Shown: positions 27,723 to 43,000 of the stretch, in pieces | How positions within the stretch are numbered: position 1 is the stretch's first letter | Layout: the number at the start of each line of letters is the position of its first letter | Assembly: GCF_964355755.1 (NCBI RefSeq) | Contig: NC_092670.1 | Span: 28,136,388 to 28,200,387, forward strand | Direction: 5' to 3' | Source of the DNA: Antedon mediterranea | Lineage: Eukaryota; Animalia; Echinodermata | Length of the DNA stretch: 64,000 nucleotides | The notes under the pieces: model-generated | What the model saw: only the letters and a program-made list of their open reading frames with translations | What the model was told of the DNA's origin: nothing | Database searches by the model: none | Position numbers and translations under genes: made by a program

Positions 27723-30700
27723 GAATAATTTTTGTCAAAATGCTCAAAATGGTCAAAAACGTTTTTAAATACTATATTAAGCTATTTTGTGTTCTTTGAT
27801 GTTTTTATGTGAAAAGTTTTATCGAAATGCTCAAAATGGTCTAAAACGGTTTCTAATGTGATTTTAAGAACTTTGATGTTTTTATGTTAAAAACTTTTTT
27901 AGAAAATCACAAAATGGTCTAAAACGTCTCCAAATGCGATTTGAAGCAATTCTAAGCACTTTGGTGTTTTTATGTTAACACGTTTTTTCGAAAATCACAA
28001 AATGGTCTACAACGTCTCTAAATGCGATTTGAAGATATTCTAAGCACTTTGGTGTTTTTATGTTAACAAGTTTTTTCGAAAATCACAAAGTGGTATAAAA
28101 CGTCTCCAAATGCGATTTTAAGGTATTCTAAGCACTTTGGTGTTTTTATGTTAACAAGTTTTTTAGAAAATCACAAAATGGTCTAAAACGTCTCCAAATG
28201 CGATTTGAAGCAATTCTAAGCACTTTGGTGTTTTTATGGTAACGAGTTTTTTTGAATATCACAAAATGGTCTAAAATGTCTCCAAATGCGATTTGAAGCT
28301 TTTCTAAGCACTTTGGTGTTTTTATGTTAACAAGTTTTTTCGAAAATCACAAAATGGTCTAAAACGTCTCCAAATGCGATTTGAAGCTATTCTGTACACT
28401 TTGCTGTTTTGTGTGAATAATTTTTGTCGAAATGCTCAAAATGGTCAAAAACGTTTTTAAATACGATATTAAGCTATTTTGTGCTCTTTGATGTTTTTGT
28501 GTGAAAAGTTTTATCGAAATGCTCAAAATGGTCTAAAACGGTTTCTAATGTGATTTTAAGCACTTTGATGTTTTTATGTTAACAACTTTTTTAGAAAATC
28601 ACAAAATGGTCTAAAACGTCTCCAAATGCGATTTGAAGCTTTTCTAAGCACTTTTGTGTTTTTATGTTTACAAGTTTTTTCGAAAATCACAAAATGGTCT
28701 AAAACGGCTCCAAATACGATTTGAAGCTATTCTAAGCACTTTGGTGTTTTTATGTTAACAAGTTTTTTCGAAAATCACAAAATGGTCTAAAACGTCTCCA
28801 AATGCGATTTGAAGCTATTCTAAGCACTTTGGTGTTTTTATGTTAACAAGTTTTTTCGAAAATCACAAAATGGTGTAAAACGTCTCCAAATGCGATTTGA
28901 AGCTATTCTAAGCAATTTTGTGTTTTTATGTTAACAAGTTTTTTCGAAAATCACAAAATGGTCTAAAACGTCTCCAAATGCGATTTGAAGCTATTCTAAG
29001 CACTTTTGTGTTTTTATGTTAACAAGTTTTTTCGAAAATCACAAAATTGTCTAAAATGTCTCAAAATGCGATTTGAAGCTATTCTTTACACTTTGCTGTT
29101 TTGTGTGAATAATTTTTGTCAAAATGCTCAAAATGGTCAAAAACGTTTTTAAATACTATATTAAGCTATTTTGTGTTCTTTGATGTTTTTGTGTGAAAAG
29201 TTTTTTCGAAATGCTCAAAATGGTCTAAAACGGTTTCTAATGTGATTTTAAGCACTTTGATGTTTTTATGTTAACAACTTTTTTAGAAAATTACAAAATG
29301 GTCTAAAACGTTTCCAAATGCGATTTGAAGCAATTCTAAGCACTTTGGTGTTTTTATGTTAACAAGTTTTTTCGAAAATCACAAAATGGTCTAAAACGTC
29401 TCCAAATGCGATTTGAAGCTATTCTGTACACTTTGCTGTTTTGTGTGAATAATTTTTGTTGAAATGCTCAAAATGGTCAAAAACGTTTTTAAATACGATA
29501 TTAAGCTATTTTGTGCTCTTTGATGTTTTTGTGTGAAAAGTTTTATCGAAATGCTCAAAATGGTCTAAAACGGTTTCTAATGTGATTTTAAGCACTTTGG
29601 TGTTTTTATGTTAACAAGTTTTTTCGAAAATCACAAAATGGTCTAAAATGTCTCCAAATGCGATTTGAAGCTTTTCTAAGCACTTTGGTGTTTTTATGTT
29701 AACAAGTTTTTTCGAAAATCACAAAATGGTCTAAAACGTCTCCAAATGTGATTTGAAGCTATTCTAAACACTTTGGTGTTTTTATGTTAACAAGTTTTTT
29801 CGAAAATCACAAATTGGTCTAAAACGTCTCCAAATGCGATTTGAAGCTATTTTAAGCACTTTGGTGTTTTTGTGTAACCAAGTTTTTTCGAAAATCACAA
29901 AAGGGTCTAAAATGTCTCAAAATGCGATTTGAAGCTATTCTGTACACTTTGATGTTTTTTTGTTAACAAGTTTTTTCGAAAGTCACAAAATGGTCTAAAA
30001 AGTCTCCAAATGCGATTTGAAGCTATTCTAAGCACTTTGGTGTTTTTATGTTAACAAGTTTTATCGAAAATCACAAAATGGTGTAAAACGTCTCCAAATG
30101 CGATTTGAAGCTATTCTAAGCACTTTGGTGTTTTTATGTTAACAAGTTTTTTCGAAAATCACAAAATGGTGTAAAACGTCTCCAAATGCGATTTTAAGCT
30201 ATTCTAAGCAATTTGGTGTTTTTATGTTAACAAGTTTTTTCGAAAATCACAAAATGGTCTAAAACGTCTCCAAATGCGATTTGAAGCTATTCTGTACACT
30301 TTGCTGTTTTGTGAGAATAATTTTTGTCGAAATGCTCAAAATGGTCAAAAACGTTTTTAAATACGATATTAAGCTATTTTGTGCTCTTTGATGTTTTTGT
30401 GTGAAAAGTTTTATCGAAATGCTCAAAATGGTCTAAAACGGTTTCTAATGTGATTTTAAGCACTTTGATGTTTTTATGTTAACAACTTTTTTAGAAAATT
30501 ACAAAATGGTGTAAAACGTCTCCAAATGCGATTTGAAGCTATTCTAAGCAATTTCGTGTTTTTATGTTAACAAGTTTTTTCGAAAATCACAAAATGGTCT
30601 AAAACGTCTCCAAATGCGATTTGAAGCTATTCTAAGCACTTTTGTGTTTTTATGTTAACAAGTTTTTTCGAAAATCACAAAATGGTCTAAAATGTCTCCA

Positions 30701-31005
30701 AATGCGATTTTAAGGTATTCTAAGCACTTTGGTGTTTTTATGTTAACAAGTTTTTTCGAAAATCACAAAATGGTCTAAAACGTCTACAAATGCGATTTGA
30801 AGCTCTTCTAAGCACTTTGGTGTTTTTATGTTAACAAGTTTTTTCGAAAATCACAAAATGGTATAAAACGTCTCCAAATGCGATTTGAAGATTTTCTAAG
30901 CACTTTGGTGTTTTTATGTTTACAAGTTTTTTCGAAAATCACAAAATGGTCTAAAACGTCTCCAAATGCGATTTGAAGCTATTCTGTACACTTTGCTGTT
31001 TTGTG
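24440..31005 (+). repeat. Tandem duplication of about 3.28 kb within the satellite
   Basis: Shared private variants TCTACAACGTCTCTAAAT (24723/28006, offset 3283) and AAACGTTTCC (26025/29309, offset 3284 after a 1-bp indel). Boundaries are approximate. Confidence 0.85.
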
Positions 31006-34000
31006 TGAATAATTTTGTCAAAATGCTCAAAATGGTCAAAAACGTTTTTAAAAACTATATTAAGCTATTTTGTGTTCTTTGATGTTTTTGTGTGAAAAGT
31101 TTTATCGAAATGCTCAAAATGGTCTAAAACGGTTTCTAATGAAATGATTTTAAGAACTTTGATGTTTTTATGTTAACAACTTTTTTAGAAAATCACAAAA
31201 TGGTCTAAAACGTCTCCAAATGCGATTTGAAGCAATTCTAAGCACTTTGGTGTTTTTATGTTAACAAGTTTTTTCGAAAATCACAAAATGGTATAAAACG
31301 TCTCCAAATGCGATTTTAAGGTATTCTAAGCACTTTGGTGATTTTATGTTAACAAGTTTTTTCGAAAATCACAAAATGGTCTAAAACGTCTACAAATGCG
31401 ATTTGAAGCTATTCTAAGCACTTTGGTGTTTTTATGTTAACAAGTTTTTTCGAAAATCACAAAATGGTATAAAACGTCTCCAAATGCGATTTTAAGCTAT
31501 TCTAAGCAATTTGGTGTTTTTATGTTAACAAGTTTTTTCGAAAATCACAAAATGGTCGAAAATGTCACAAAATGCGATTTGAAGCTATTCTAAGCACTTT
31601 GGTGTTATTATGTTAACAAGTTTTTTCGAAAATCACAAATTGGTCTAAAACGTCTCCAAATGCGATTTGAAGCTATTTTAAGCACTTTGGTGTTTTTGTG
31701 TAACCAAGTTTTTTCGAAAATCACAAAAGGGTCTAAAATGTCTCAAAATGCGATTTGAAGCTATTCTGTACACTTTGATGTTTTTTTGTTAACAAGTTTT
31801 TTCGAAAGTCACAAAATGGTCTAAAACGTCTCCAAATGCGATTTGAAGCTATTCTAAGCACTTTGGTGTTTTTATGTTAACAAGTTTTTTCGAAAATCAC
31901 AAAATGGTGTAAAACGTCTCCAAATGCGATTTGAAGCTATTCTAAGCACTTTGGTGTTTTTATGTTAACAAGTTTTTTCGAAAATCACAAAATGGTGTAA
32001 AACTTCTCCAAATACGATTTTAAGCTATTCTAAGCAATTTGGTGTTTTTATGTTAACAAGTTTTTTCGAAAATCACAAAATGGTCTAAAACGTCTCCAAA
32101 TGCGATTTGAAGCTATTCTGTACACTTTGCTGTTTTGTGTGAATAATTTTTGTTGAAATGCTCAAAATGGTCAAAAACGTTTTTAAATACTATATTAAGC
32201 TATTTTGTGTTCTTTGATGTTTTTGTGTGAAAAGTTTTATCGAAATGCTCAAAATGGTCTAAAACAGTTTCTAATGTGATTTTAAGCACTTTGATGTTTT
32301 TATGTTAACAACTTTTTTAGAAAATCACAAAATGGTCTAAAACGTCTCCAAATGCGATTTGAAGCAATTCTAAGCACTTTGGTGCTTTTATGTTAACAAG
32401 TTTTTTCGAAAATCACAAAATGGTATAAAACGTCTCCAAATGCGATTTGAAGCAATTCTAAGCACTTTGGTGTTTTTATGTTAACAAGTTTTTTCGAAAA
32501 TCACAAAATGGTATAAAACGTCTCCAAATGCGATTTTAAGGTATTCTAAGCACTTTGGTGTTTTTATGTTAACAAGTTTTTTCGAAAATCACAAAATGGT
32601 CTAAAACGTCTCCAAATGCGATTTGAAGCTATTCTGTACACTTTGCTGTTTTGTGTGAATAATTTTTGTCGAAATGCTCAAAATGGTCAAAAACGTTTTT
32701 AAATACGATATTAAGCTATTTTGTGCTCTTTGATGTTTTTGTGTGAAAAGTTTTATCGAAATGCTCAAAATGGTCTAAAACGGTTTCTAATGTGATTTTA
32801 AGCACTTTGATGTTTTTATGTTAACAACTTTTTTAGAAAATCACAAAATGGTCTAAAACGTCTCCAAATGCGATTTGAAGCAATTCTAAGCACTTTGGTG
32901 TTTTTATGGTAACGAGTTTTTTTGAATATCACAAAATGGTCTAAAACGTCTCCAAATGCGATTTGAAGCTATTCTAAGCACTTTGGTGTTTTTATGTTAA
33001 CAAGTTTTTTCGAAAATCACAAAATGGTGTAAAACGTCTCCAAATGCGATTTGAAGCTATTCTAAGCACTTTGGTGTTATTATGTTAACAAGTTTTTTCG
33101 AAAATCACAAATTGGTCTAAAACGTCTCCAAATGCGATTTGAAGCTATTTTAAGCACTTTGGTGTTTTTGTGTAACCAAGTTTTTTCGAAAATCACAAAA
33201 GGGTCTAAAATGTCTCAAAATGCGATTTGAAGCTTTTCTGTACACTTTGATGTTTTTTTGTTAACATGTCTCAAAATGCGATTTGAAGCTATTCTGTACA
33301 CTTTGATGTTTTTTTGTTAACAAGTTTTTTCGAAAGTCACAAAATGGTCTAAAACGTCTCCAAATGCGATTTGAAGCTATTCTAAGCACTTTGGTGTTTT
33401 TATGTTAACAAGTTTTTTCGAAAATCACAAAATGGTGTAAAACGTCTCCAAATGCGATTTGAAGCTATTCTAAGCACTTTGGTGTTTTTATGTTAACAAG
33501 TTTTTTCGAAAATCACAAAATGGTGTAAAACTTCTCCAAATACGATTTTAAGCTATTCTAAGCAATTTGGTGTTTTTATGTTAACAAGTTTTTTCGAAAA
33601 TCACAAAATGGTCTAAAACGTCTCCAAATGCGATTTGAAGCTATTCTGTACACTTTGCTGTTTTGTGTGAATAATTTTTGTCAAAATGCTCAAAATGGTC
33701 AAAAACGTTTTTAAATACTATATTAAGCTATTTTGTGTTCTTTGATGTTTTTGTGTGAAAAGTTTTATCGAAATGCTCAAAATGGTCTAAAACGGTTTCT
33801 AATGAAATGATTTTAAGAACTTTGATGTTTTTATGTTAACAACTTTTTTAGAAAATCACAAAATGGTCTAAAACGTCTCCAAATGCGATTTGAAGCAATT
33901 CTAAGCACTTTGGTGTTTTTATGTTAACAAGTTTTTTCGAAAATCACAAAATGGTATAAAACGTCTCCAAATGCGATTTTAAGGTATTCTAAGCACTTTG

Positions 34001-37000
34001 GTGTTTTTATGTTAACAAGTTTTTTCGAAAATCACAAAATGGTCTAAAACGTCTACAAATGCGATTTGAAGCTATTGTAAGCACTTTGGTGTTTTTATGT
34101 TAACAAGTTTTTTCGAAAATCACAAAATGGTCTAAAACGTCTCCAAATGCGATTTGAAGCTATTCTGTACACTTTGCTGTTTTGTGTGAATAATTTTTGT
34201 CGAAATGCTCAAAGTGGTCAAAAACGTTTTTAAATACGATATTAAGCTATTTTGTGCTCTTTGATGTTTTTGTGTGAAAAGTTTTATCGAAATGCTCAAA
34301 ATGGTCTAAAACGGTTTCTAATGTGATTTTAAGCACTTTGATGTTTTTATGTTAACAACTTTTTTAGAAAATCACAAAATGGTCTAAAACGTCTCCAAAT
34401 GCGATTTGAAGTAATTCTAAGCACTTTGGTGTTTTTATGGTAACGAGTTTTTTTGAATATCACAAAATGGTCTAAAATTTCTCCAAATGCGATTTGAAGC
34501 TTTTCTAAGCACTTTAGTGTTTTTATGGTAACGAGTTATTTCGAAAATCACAAAATGGTCTAAAACGTCTCCAAATGCGATTTGAAGCTATTCTGTACAC
34601 TTTGCTGTTTTGTGTGAATATTTTTTGTCAAAATGCTCAAAATGGTCAAAAACGTTTTTTAATACTATATTAAGCTATTTTGTGCTCTTTGATGTTTTTG
34701 TGTGAAAAGTTTTATCGAAATGCTCAAAATGGTCTAAAACGGTTTCTAATGTGATTTTAAGCACTTTGATGTTTTTATGTTAACAACTTTTTTAGAAAAT
34801 TACAAAATGGTGTAAAACGTCTCCAAATGCGATTTGAAGCTATTCTAAGCACTTTGGTGTTTTTATGGTAACGAGTTTTTTTGAATATCACAAAATGGTC
34901 TAAAATGTCTCCAAATGCGATTTGAAGCTTTTCTAAGCACTTTGGTGTTTTTATGTTAACAAGTTTTTTCGAAAATCACAAAATGGTCTAAAACGTCTCC
35001 AAATGTGATTTGAAGCTATTCTAAACACTTTGGTGTTTTTATGTTAACAAGTTTTTTCGAAAATCACAAATTGGTCTAAAACGTCTCCAAATGCGATTTG
35101 AAGCTATTTTAAGCACTTTGGTGTTTTTGTGTAACCAAGTTTTTTCGAAAATCACAAAAGGGTCTAAAATGTCTCAAAATGCGATTTGAAGCTATTCTGT
35201 ACACTTTGATGTTTTTTTTGTTAACAAGTTTTTTCGAAAGTCACAAAATGGTCTAAAACGTCTCCAAATGCGATTTGAAGCTATTCTAAGCACTTTGGTG
35301 TTTTTATGTTAACAAGTTTTTTCGAAAATCACAAAATGGTGTAAAACGTCTCAAAATGCGATTTTAAGCTATTCTAAGCAATTTGGTGTTTTTATGTTAA
35401 CAAGTTTTTTCGAAAATCACAAAATGGTGTAAAACGTCTCCAAATGCGATTTTAAGCTATTCTAAGCAATTGGGTGTTTTTATGTTAACAAGTTTTTTCG
35501 AAAATCACAAAATGGTCTAAAACGTCTCCAAATGCGATTTGAAGCTATTCTGTACACTTTGCTGTTTTGTGAAAATAATTTTTGTCGAAATGCTCAAAAT
35601 GGTCAAAAACGTTTTTAAATACGATATTAAGCTATTTTGTGCTCTTTGATGTTTTTGTGTGAAAAGTTTTATCGAAATGCTCAAAATGGTCTAAAACGGT
35701 TTCTAATGTGATTTTAAGCACTTTGATGTTTTTATGTTAACAACTTTTTTAGAAAATTACAAAATGGTGTAAAACGTCTCCAAATGCGATTTGAAGCTAT
35801 TCTAAGCAATTTGGTGTTTTTATGTTAACAAGTTTTTTCGAAAATCACAAAATGGTCTAAAACGTCTCCAAATGCGATTTGAAGCTATTCTAAGCACTTT
35901 TGTGTTTTTATGTTAACAAGTTTTTTCGAAAATCACAAAATGGTCTAAAATGTCTCCAAATGCGATTTTAAGGTATTCTAAGCCCTTTGGTGTTTTTATG
36001 TTAACAAGTTTTTTCGAAAATCACAAAATGGTCGAAACGTCTACAAATGCGATTTGAAGCTATTCTAAGCACTTTGGTGTTTTTATGTTAACAAGTTTTT
36101 TCGAAAATCACAAAATGGTATAAAACGTCTCCAAATGCGATTTGAAGATTTTCTAAGCACTTTGGTGTTTTTATGTTTACAAGTTTTTTCGAAAATCACA
36201 AAATGGTCTAAAACGTCTCCAAATGCGATTTTAAGGTATTCTAAGCACTTTGGTGTTTTTATGTTAACAAGTTTTTTCGAAAATCACAAAATGGTCTAAA
36301 ACGTCTACAAATGCGATTTGAAGCTATTCTAAGCAATTTGGTGTTTTTATGTTAACAAGTTTTTTCGAAAATCACAAAATGGTCGAAAATGTCACAAAAT
36401 GCGATTTTAAGCTATTCTAAGCACTTTGTTGTTTTTATGTTAACAAGTTTTTTTCGAAAATCACAAAATGGTCTAAAACGTCTCCAAATGCGATTTGAAG
36501 CTATTCTGTACACTTTGCTGTTTTGTGTGAATAATTTTTGTCGAAATGCTCAAAATGGTCAAAAACGTTTTTAAATACGATATTAAGCTATTTTGTGCTC
36601 TTTGATGTTTTTGTGTGAAAAGTTTTATCGAAATGCTCAAAATGGTCTAAAACGGTTTCTAATGTGATTTTAAGCACTTTGGTGTTTTTATGTTAACAAG
36701 TTTTTTCGAAAATCACAAATTGGTCTAAAACGTCTCCAAATGCGATTTGAAGCTATTTTAAGCACTTTGGTGTTTTTGTGTAACCAAGTTTTTTCGAAAA
36801 TCACAAAAGGGTCTAAAATGTCTCAAAATGCGATTTGAAGCTATTCTGTACACTTTGATGTTTTTTTGTTAACAAGTTTTTTCGAAAGTCACAAAATGGT
36901 CTAAAACGTCTCCAAATGCGATTTGAAGCTATTCTAAGCACTTTGCTGTTTTGTGTGAATAATTTTTGTCGAAATGCTCAAAATGGTCAAAAACGTTTTT

Positions 37001-40000
37001 AAATACGATATTAAGCTATTTTGTGCTCTTTGATGTTTTTGTGTGAAAAGTTTTATCGAAATGCTCAAAATGGTCTAAAACGGTTTCTAATGTGATTTTA
37101 AGCACTTTGATGTTTTTATGTTAACAACTTTTTTAGAAAATCACAAAATGGTCTAAAACGTCTCCAAATGCGATTTGAAGCAATTCTAAGCACTTTGGTG
37201 TTTTTATGTTTACAAGTTTTTTCGAAAATCACAAAATGGTCTAAAACGTCTACAAATGCGATTTGAAGCTATTCTAAGCAATTTGGTGTTTTTATGTTAA
37301 CAAGTTTTTTCGAAAATCACAAAATGGTCGAAAATGTCACAAAATGCGATTTTAAGCTATTCTAAGCACTTTGTTGTTTTTATGTTAACAAGTTTTTTTC
37401 GAAAATCACAAAATGGTCTAAAACGTCTCCAAATGCGATTTGAAGCTATTCTGTACACTTTGCTGTTTTGTGTGAATAATTTTTGTCGAAATGCTCAAAA
37501 TGGTCAAAAACGTTTTTAAATACGATATTAAGCTATTTTGTGCTCTTTGATGTTTTTGTGTGAAAAGTTTTATCGAAATGCTCAAAATGGTCTAAAACGG
37601 TTTCTAATGTGATTTTAAGCACTTTGGTGTTTTTATGTTAACAAGTTTTTTCGAAAATCACAAATTGGTCTAAAACGTCTCCAAATGCGATTTGAAGCTA
37701 TTTTAAGCACTTTGGTGTTTTTGTGTAACCAAGTTTTTTCGAAAATCACAAAAGGGTCTAAAATGTCTCAAAATGCGATTTGAAGCTATTCTGTACACTT
37801 TGATGTTTTTTTGTTAACAAGTTTTTTCGAAAGTCACAAAATGGTCTAAAACGTCTCCAAATGCGATTTGAAGCTATTCTAAGCACTTTGCTGTTTTGTG
37901 TGAATAATTTTTGTCGAAATGCTCAAAATGGTCAAAAACGTTTTTAAATACGATATTAAGCTATTTTGTGCTCTTTGATGTTTTTGTGTGAAAAGTTTTA
38001 TCGAAATGCTCAAAATGGTCTAAAACGGTTTCTAATGTGATTTTAAGCACTTTGATGTTTTTATGTTAACAACTTTTTTAGAAAATCACAAAATGGTCTA
38101 AAACGTCTCCAAATGCGATTTGAAGCAATTCTAAGCACTTTGGTGTTTTTATGGTAACGAGTTTTTTTGAATATCACAAAATGGTCTAAAATGTCTCCAA
38201 ATGCGATTTGAAGCTTTTCTAAGCACTTTGGTGTTTTTATGTTAACAAGTTTTTTCGAAAATCACAAAATGGTCTAAAACGTCTCCAAATGCGATTTGAA
38301 GCTATTCTGTACACTTTGCTGTTTTGTGTGAATAATTTTTGTCGAAATGCTCAAAATGGTCAAAAACGTTTTTAAATACGATATTAAGCTATTTTGTGCT
38401 CTTTGATGTTTTTGTGTGAAAAGTTTTATCGAAATGCTCAAAATGGTCTAAAACGGTTTCTAATGTGATTTTAAGCACTTTGATGTTTTTATGTTAACAA
38501 CTTTTTTAGAAAATCACAAAATGGTCTAAAACGTCTCCAAATGCGATTTGAAGCAATTCTAAGCACTTTGGTGTTTTTATGGTAACGAGTTTTTTTGAAT
38601 ATCACAAAATGGTCTAAAATGTCTCCAAATGCGATTTGAAGCTTTTCTAAGCACTTTGGTGTTTTTATGGTAGCGAGTTATTTCGAAAATCACAAAATGG
38701 TCTAAAACGTCTCCAAATGCGATTTGAAGCTATTCTAAGCACTTTTGTGTTTTTATGCTAACAAGTTTTTTCGAAAATCACAAAATTGTCTAAAATGTCT
38801 CCAAATGCGATTTTAAGGTATTCTAAGCACTTTGGTGTTTTTATGTTAACAAGTTTTTTCGAAAATCACAAAATGGTATAAAACGTCTCCAAATGCGATT
38901 TGAAGATTTTCTAAGGACTTTGGTGATTTTATGTTTACAAGTTTTTTCGAAAATCACAAAATGGTCTAAAACGTCTCCAAATGCGATTTGAAGCTATTCT
39001 GTACACTTTGCTGTTTTGTGTGAATAATTTTTGTCGAAATGCTCAAAATGGTCAAAAACGTTTTTAAATACGATATTAAGCTATTTTGTGCTCTTTGATG
39101 TTTTTGTGTGAAAAGTTTTATCGAAATGCTCAAAATGGTCTAAAACGGTTTCTATTGTGATTTTAAGCACTTTGATGTTTTTATGGTAACGAGTTTTTTT
39201 GAATATCACAAAATGGTCTAAAATGTCTCCAAATGCGATTTGAAGCTTTTCTAAGCACTTTGGTGTTTTTATGTTAACAAGTTTTTTCGAAAATCACAAA
39301 ATGGTCTAAAACGTCTCCAAATGCGATTTGAAGCTATTCTGTACACTTTGCTGTTTTGTGTGAATAATTTTTGTCGAAATGCTCAAAATGGTCAAAAACG
39401 TTTTTAAATACGATATTAAGCTATTTTGTGCTCTTTGATGTTTTTGTGTGAAAAGTTTTATCGAAATGCTCAAAATGGTCTAAAACGGTTTCTAATGTGA
39501 TTTTAAGCACTTTGATGTTTTTATGTTAACAACTTTTTTAGAAAATCACAAAATGGTCTAAAACGTCTCCAAATGCGATTTGAAGCAATTCTAAGCACTT
39601 TGGTGTTTTTATGGTAACGAGTTTTTTTGAATATCACAAAATGGTCTAAAATGTCTCCAAATGCGATTTGAAGCTTTTCTAAGCACTTTGGTGTTTTTAT
39701 GGTAGCGAGTTATTTCGAAAATCACAAAATGGTCTAAAACGTCTCCAAATGCGATTTGAAGCTATTCTAAGCACTTTTGTGTTTTTATGCTAACAAGTTT
39801 TTTCGAAAATCACAAAATTGTCTAAAATGTCTCCAAATGCGATTTTAAGGTATTCTAAGCACTTTGGTGTTTTTATGTTAACAAGTTTTTTCGAAAATCA
39901 CAAAATGGTCTAAAAAGTCTACAAATGCGATTTGAAGCTATTCTAAGCACTTTGGTGTTTTTATGTTAACAAGTTTTTTCGAAAATCACAAAATGGTATA

Positions 40001-43000
40001 AAACGTCTCCAAATGCGATTTGAAGATTTTCTAAGGACTTTGGTGATTTTATGTTTACAAGTTTTTTCGAAAATCACAAAATGGTCTAAAACGTCTCCAA
40101 ATGCGATTTGAAGCTATTCTGTACACTTTGCTGTTTTTATGTTAACAAGTTTTTTCGAAAATCACAAAATGGTATAAAACGTTTCCAAATGCGATTTTAA
40201 GCTATTCTAAGCAATTTAGTGTTTTTATGTTAACAAGTTTTTTCGAAAATCACAAAATGGTCGAAAATGTCACAAAATGCGATTTGAAGCTATTCTAAGC
40301 CCTTTGGTGTTTTTATGTTAACAAGTTTTTTTGAAAATCACAAAATGGTCTAAAATGTCTCAAAATGCGATTTGAAGCTATTCTGTACACTTTGCTGTTT
40401 TGTGTGAATAATTTTTTTCGAAAATCACAAAATGGTGTAAAACGTCTCCAAATGTGATTTGAAGCTATTCTAAGCACTTTGGTGTTTTTATGTTAACAAG
40501 TTTTTTCGAAAATCACAAAATGGTGTAAAACGTTTCCAAATGCGATTTTAAGCTATTCTAAACAATTTGTTGTTTTTATGTTAACAAGTTTTTTTCGAAA
40601 ATCACAAAATGGTGTAAAACGTCTCCAAATGCGATTTGAAGCTATTCTAAGCACTTTGGTGTTTTTTTGTTAACAAGTTTTTTCGAAAATCACAAAATGG
40701 TGTAAAACGTCTCCAAATGCGATTTTAAGCTATTCTAAGCAATTTGGTGTTTTTATGTTAACAAGTTTTTTCGAAAATCACAAAATGGTCTAAAACGTCT
40801 CCAAATGCGATTTGAAGCTATTCTGTACACTTTGCTGTTTTGTGTGAATAATTTTTGTCGAAATGCTCAAAATGGTCAAAAACGTTTTTGAATACGATAT
40901 TAAGCTATTTTGTGCTCTTTGATGTTTTTGTGTGGTAAGTTTTATCGAAATGCTCAAAATGGTCTAAAACGGTTTCTAATGTGATTTTAAGCACTTTGAT
41001 GTTTTTATGTTAACAACTTTTTTAGAAAATCACAAAATGGTCTAAAACGTCTCCAAATGCGATTTGAAGCAATTCTAAGCACTTTGGTGTTTTTATGGTA
41101 ACGAGTTTTTTTGAATATCACAAAATGGTCTAAAATGTCTCCAAATGCGATTTGAAGCTTTTCTAAGCACTTTGGTGTTTTTATGTTTACAAGTTTTTTC
41201 GAAAATCACAAAATGGTCTAAAACGGCTCCAAATGCAATTTGAAGCTATTTTAAGCACTTTGCTGTTTTGTGTGAATAATTTTTGTCAAAATGCTCAAAA
41301 TGGTCAAAAACGTTTTTAAATACTATATTAAGCTATTTTGTGCTCTTTGATGTTTTTGCGTGAAAAGTTTTATCGAAATGCTCAAAATGGTCTAAAACGG
41401 TTTCTAATGTGATTTTAAGCACTTTGATGTTTTTATGTTAACAACTTTTTTAGAAAATTACAAAATGGTGTAAAACGTCTCCAAATGCGATTTGAAGCTA
41501 TTCTAAGCAATTTGGTGTTTTTATGTTAACAAGTTTTTTCGAAAATCACAAAATGGTCTAAAACGTCTCCAAATGCGATCTGAAGCTATTCTAAGCACTT
41601 TTGTGTTTTTATGTTAACAAGTTTTCTCGAAAATCACAAAATGGTCTAAAATGTCTCCAAATGCGATTTGAAGCTTTTCTAAGCACTTTGGTGTTTTTAT
41701 GTTTACAAGTTTTTTTCGAAAATCACAAAAGGGTCTAAAATTTCTCAAAATGCGATTTGAAGCTATTCTGTACACTTTGATGTTTTTATGTTAACAAGTT
41801 TTTTCGAAAGTCACAAAATGGTCTAAAACGTATCCAAATGCGATTTGAAGCTATTCTAAGCACTTTGGTGTTTTTATGTTAACAAGTTTTTTCGAAAATC
41901 ACAAAATGGTGTAAAACGTCTCTAAATGCGATTTGAAGCTATTCTAAGCACTTTGGTGTTTTTATGTTAACAAGTTTTTTCGAAAATCACAAAATGGTAT
42001 AAAACGTCTCCAAATGCGATTTTAAGGTATTTTAAGCACTTTGATGTTTTTATGTTAACGAGTTTTTTCGAAAATCACAAAATGGTCTAAAACGTCTCCA
42101 AATGCGATTTGAAACTATTTTAAGCACTTTGGTGTTTTTGTGTAACCAAGTTTTTTCGAAAATCACAAAAGGGTCTAAAATGTCTCCAAATGCGATTTGA
42201 AGCTATTCTGTACACTTTGCTGTTTTTATGGTAATTTATTTCGAAAATCACAAAATGGTCGAAAATGTCACAAAATGCGATTTTAAGCTATTCTAAGCAC
42301 TTTGGTGTTTTTATGTTAACAAGTTTTTTCGAAAATCACAAAATGGTCTAAAACGTCTCCAAATGCGATTTGAAGCTATTCTGTACACTTTGCTGTTTTG
42401 TGTGAATAATTTTTGTTGAAATGCTCAAAATGGTCAAAAACGTTTTTAAATACGATATTAAGCTATTTTGTGCTCTTTGATGTTTTTGTGTGAAAAGTTT
42501 TATCGAAATGCTCAAAATGGTCTAAAACGGTTTCTAATGTGATTTTAAGCACTTTGGTGTTTTTATGTTAACAAGTTTTTTCGAAAATCACAAAATGGGC
42601 TAAAACGTCTCCAAATGTGATTTGAAGCTATTCTAAACACTTTGGTGTTTTTATGTTAAAAAGTTTTTTCGAAAATCACAAATTGGTCTAAAACGTCTCC
42701 AAATGCGATTTGAAGCTATTTTAAGCACTTTGGTATTTTTGTGTAACCAAGTTTTTTCGAAAATCACAAAAGGGTCTAAAATGTCTCAAAATGCGATTTG
42801 AAGCTATTCTGTACACTTTGATGTTTTTATGTTAACAAGTTTTTTCGAAAGTCACAAAATGGTCTAAAACGTATCCAAATGCGATTAGAAGCTATTCTAA
42901 GCACTTTGGTGTTTTTATGTTAACAAGTTTTTTCGAAAATCACAAAATGGTCTAAAACGTATCCAAATGCGATTTGAAGCTATTCTAAGCACTTTGGTGT

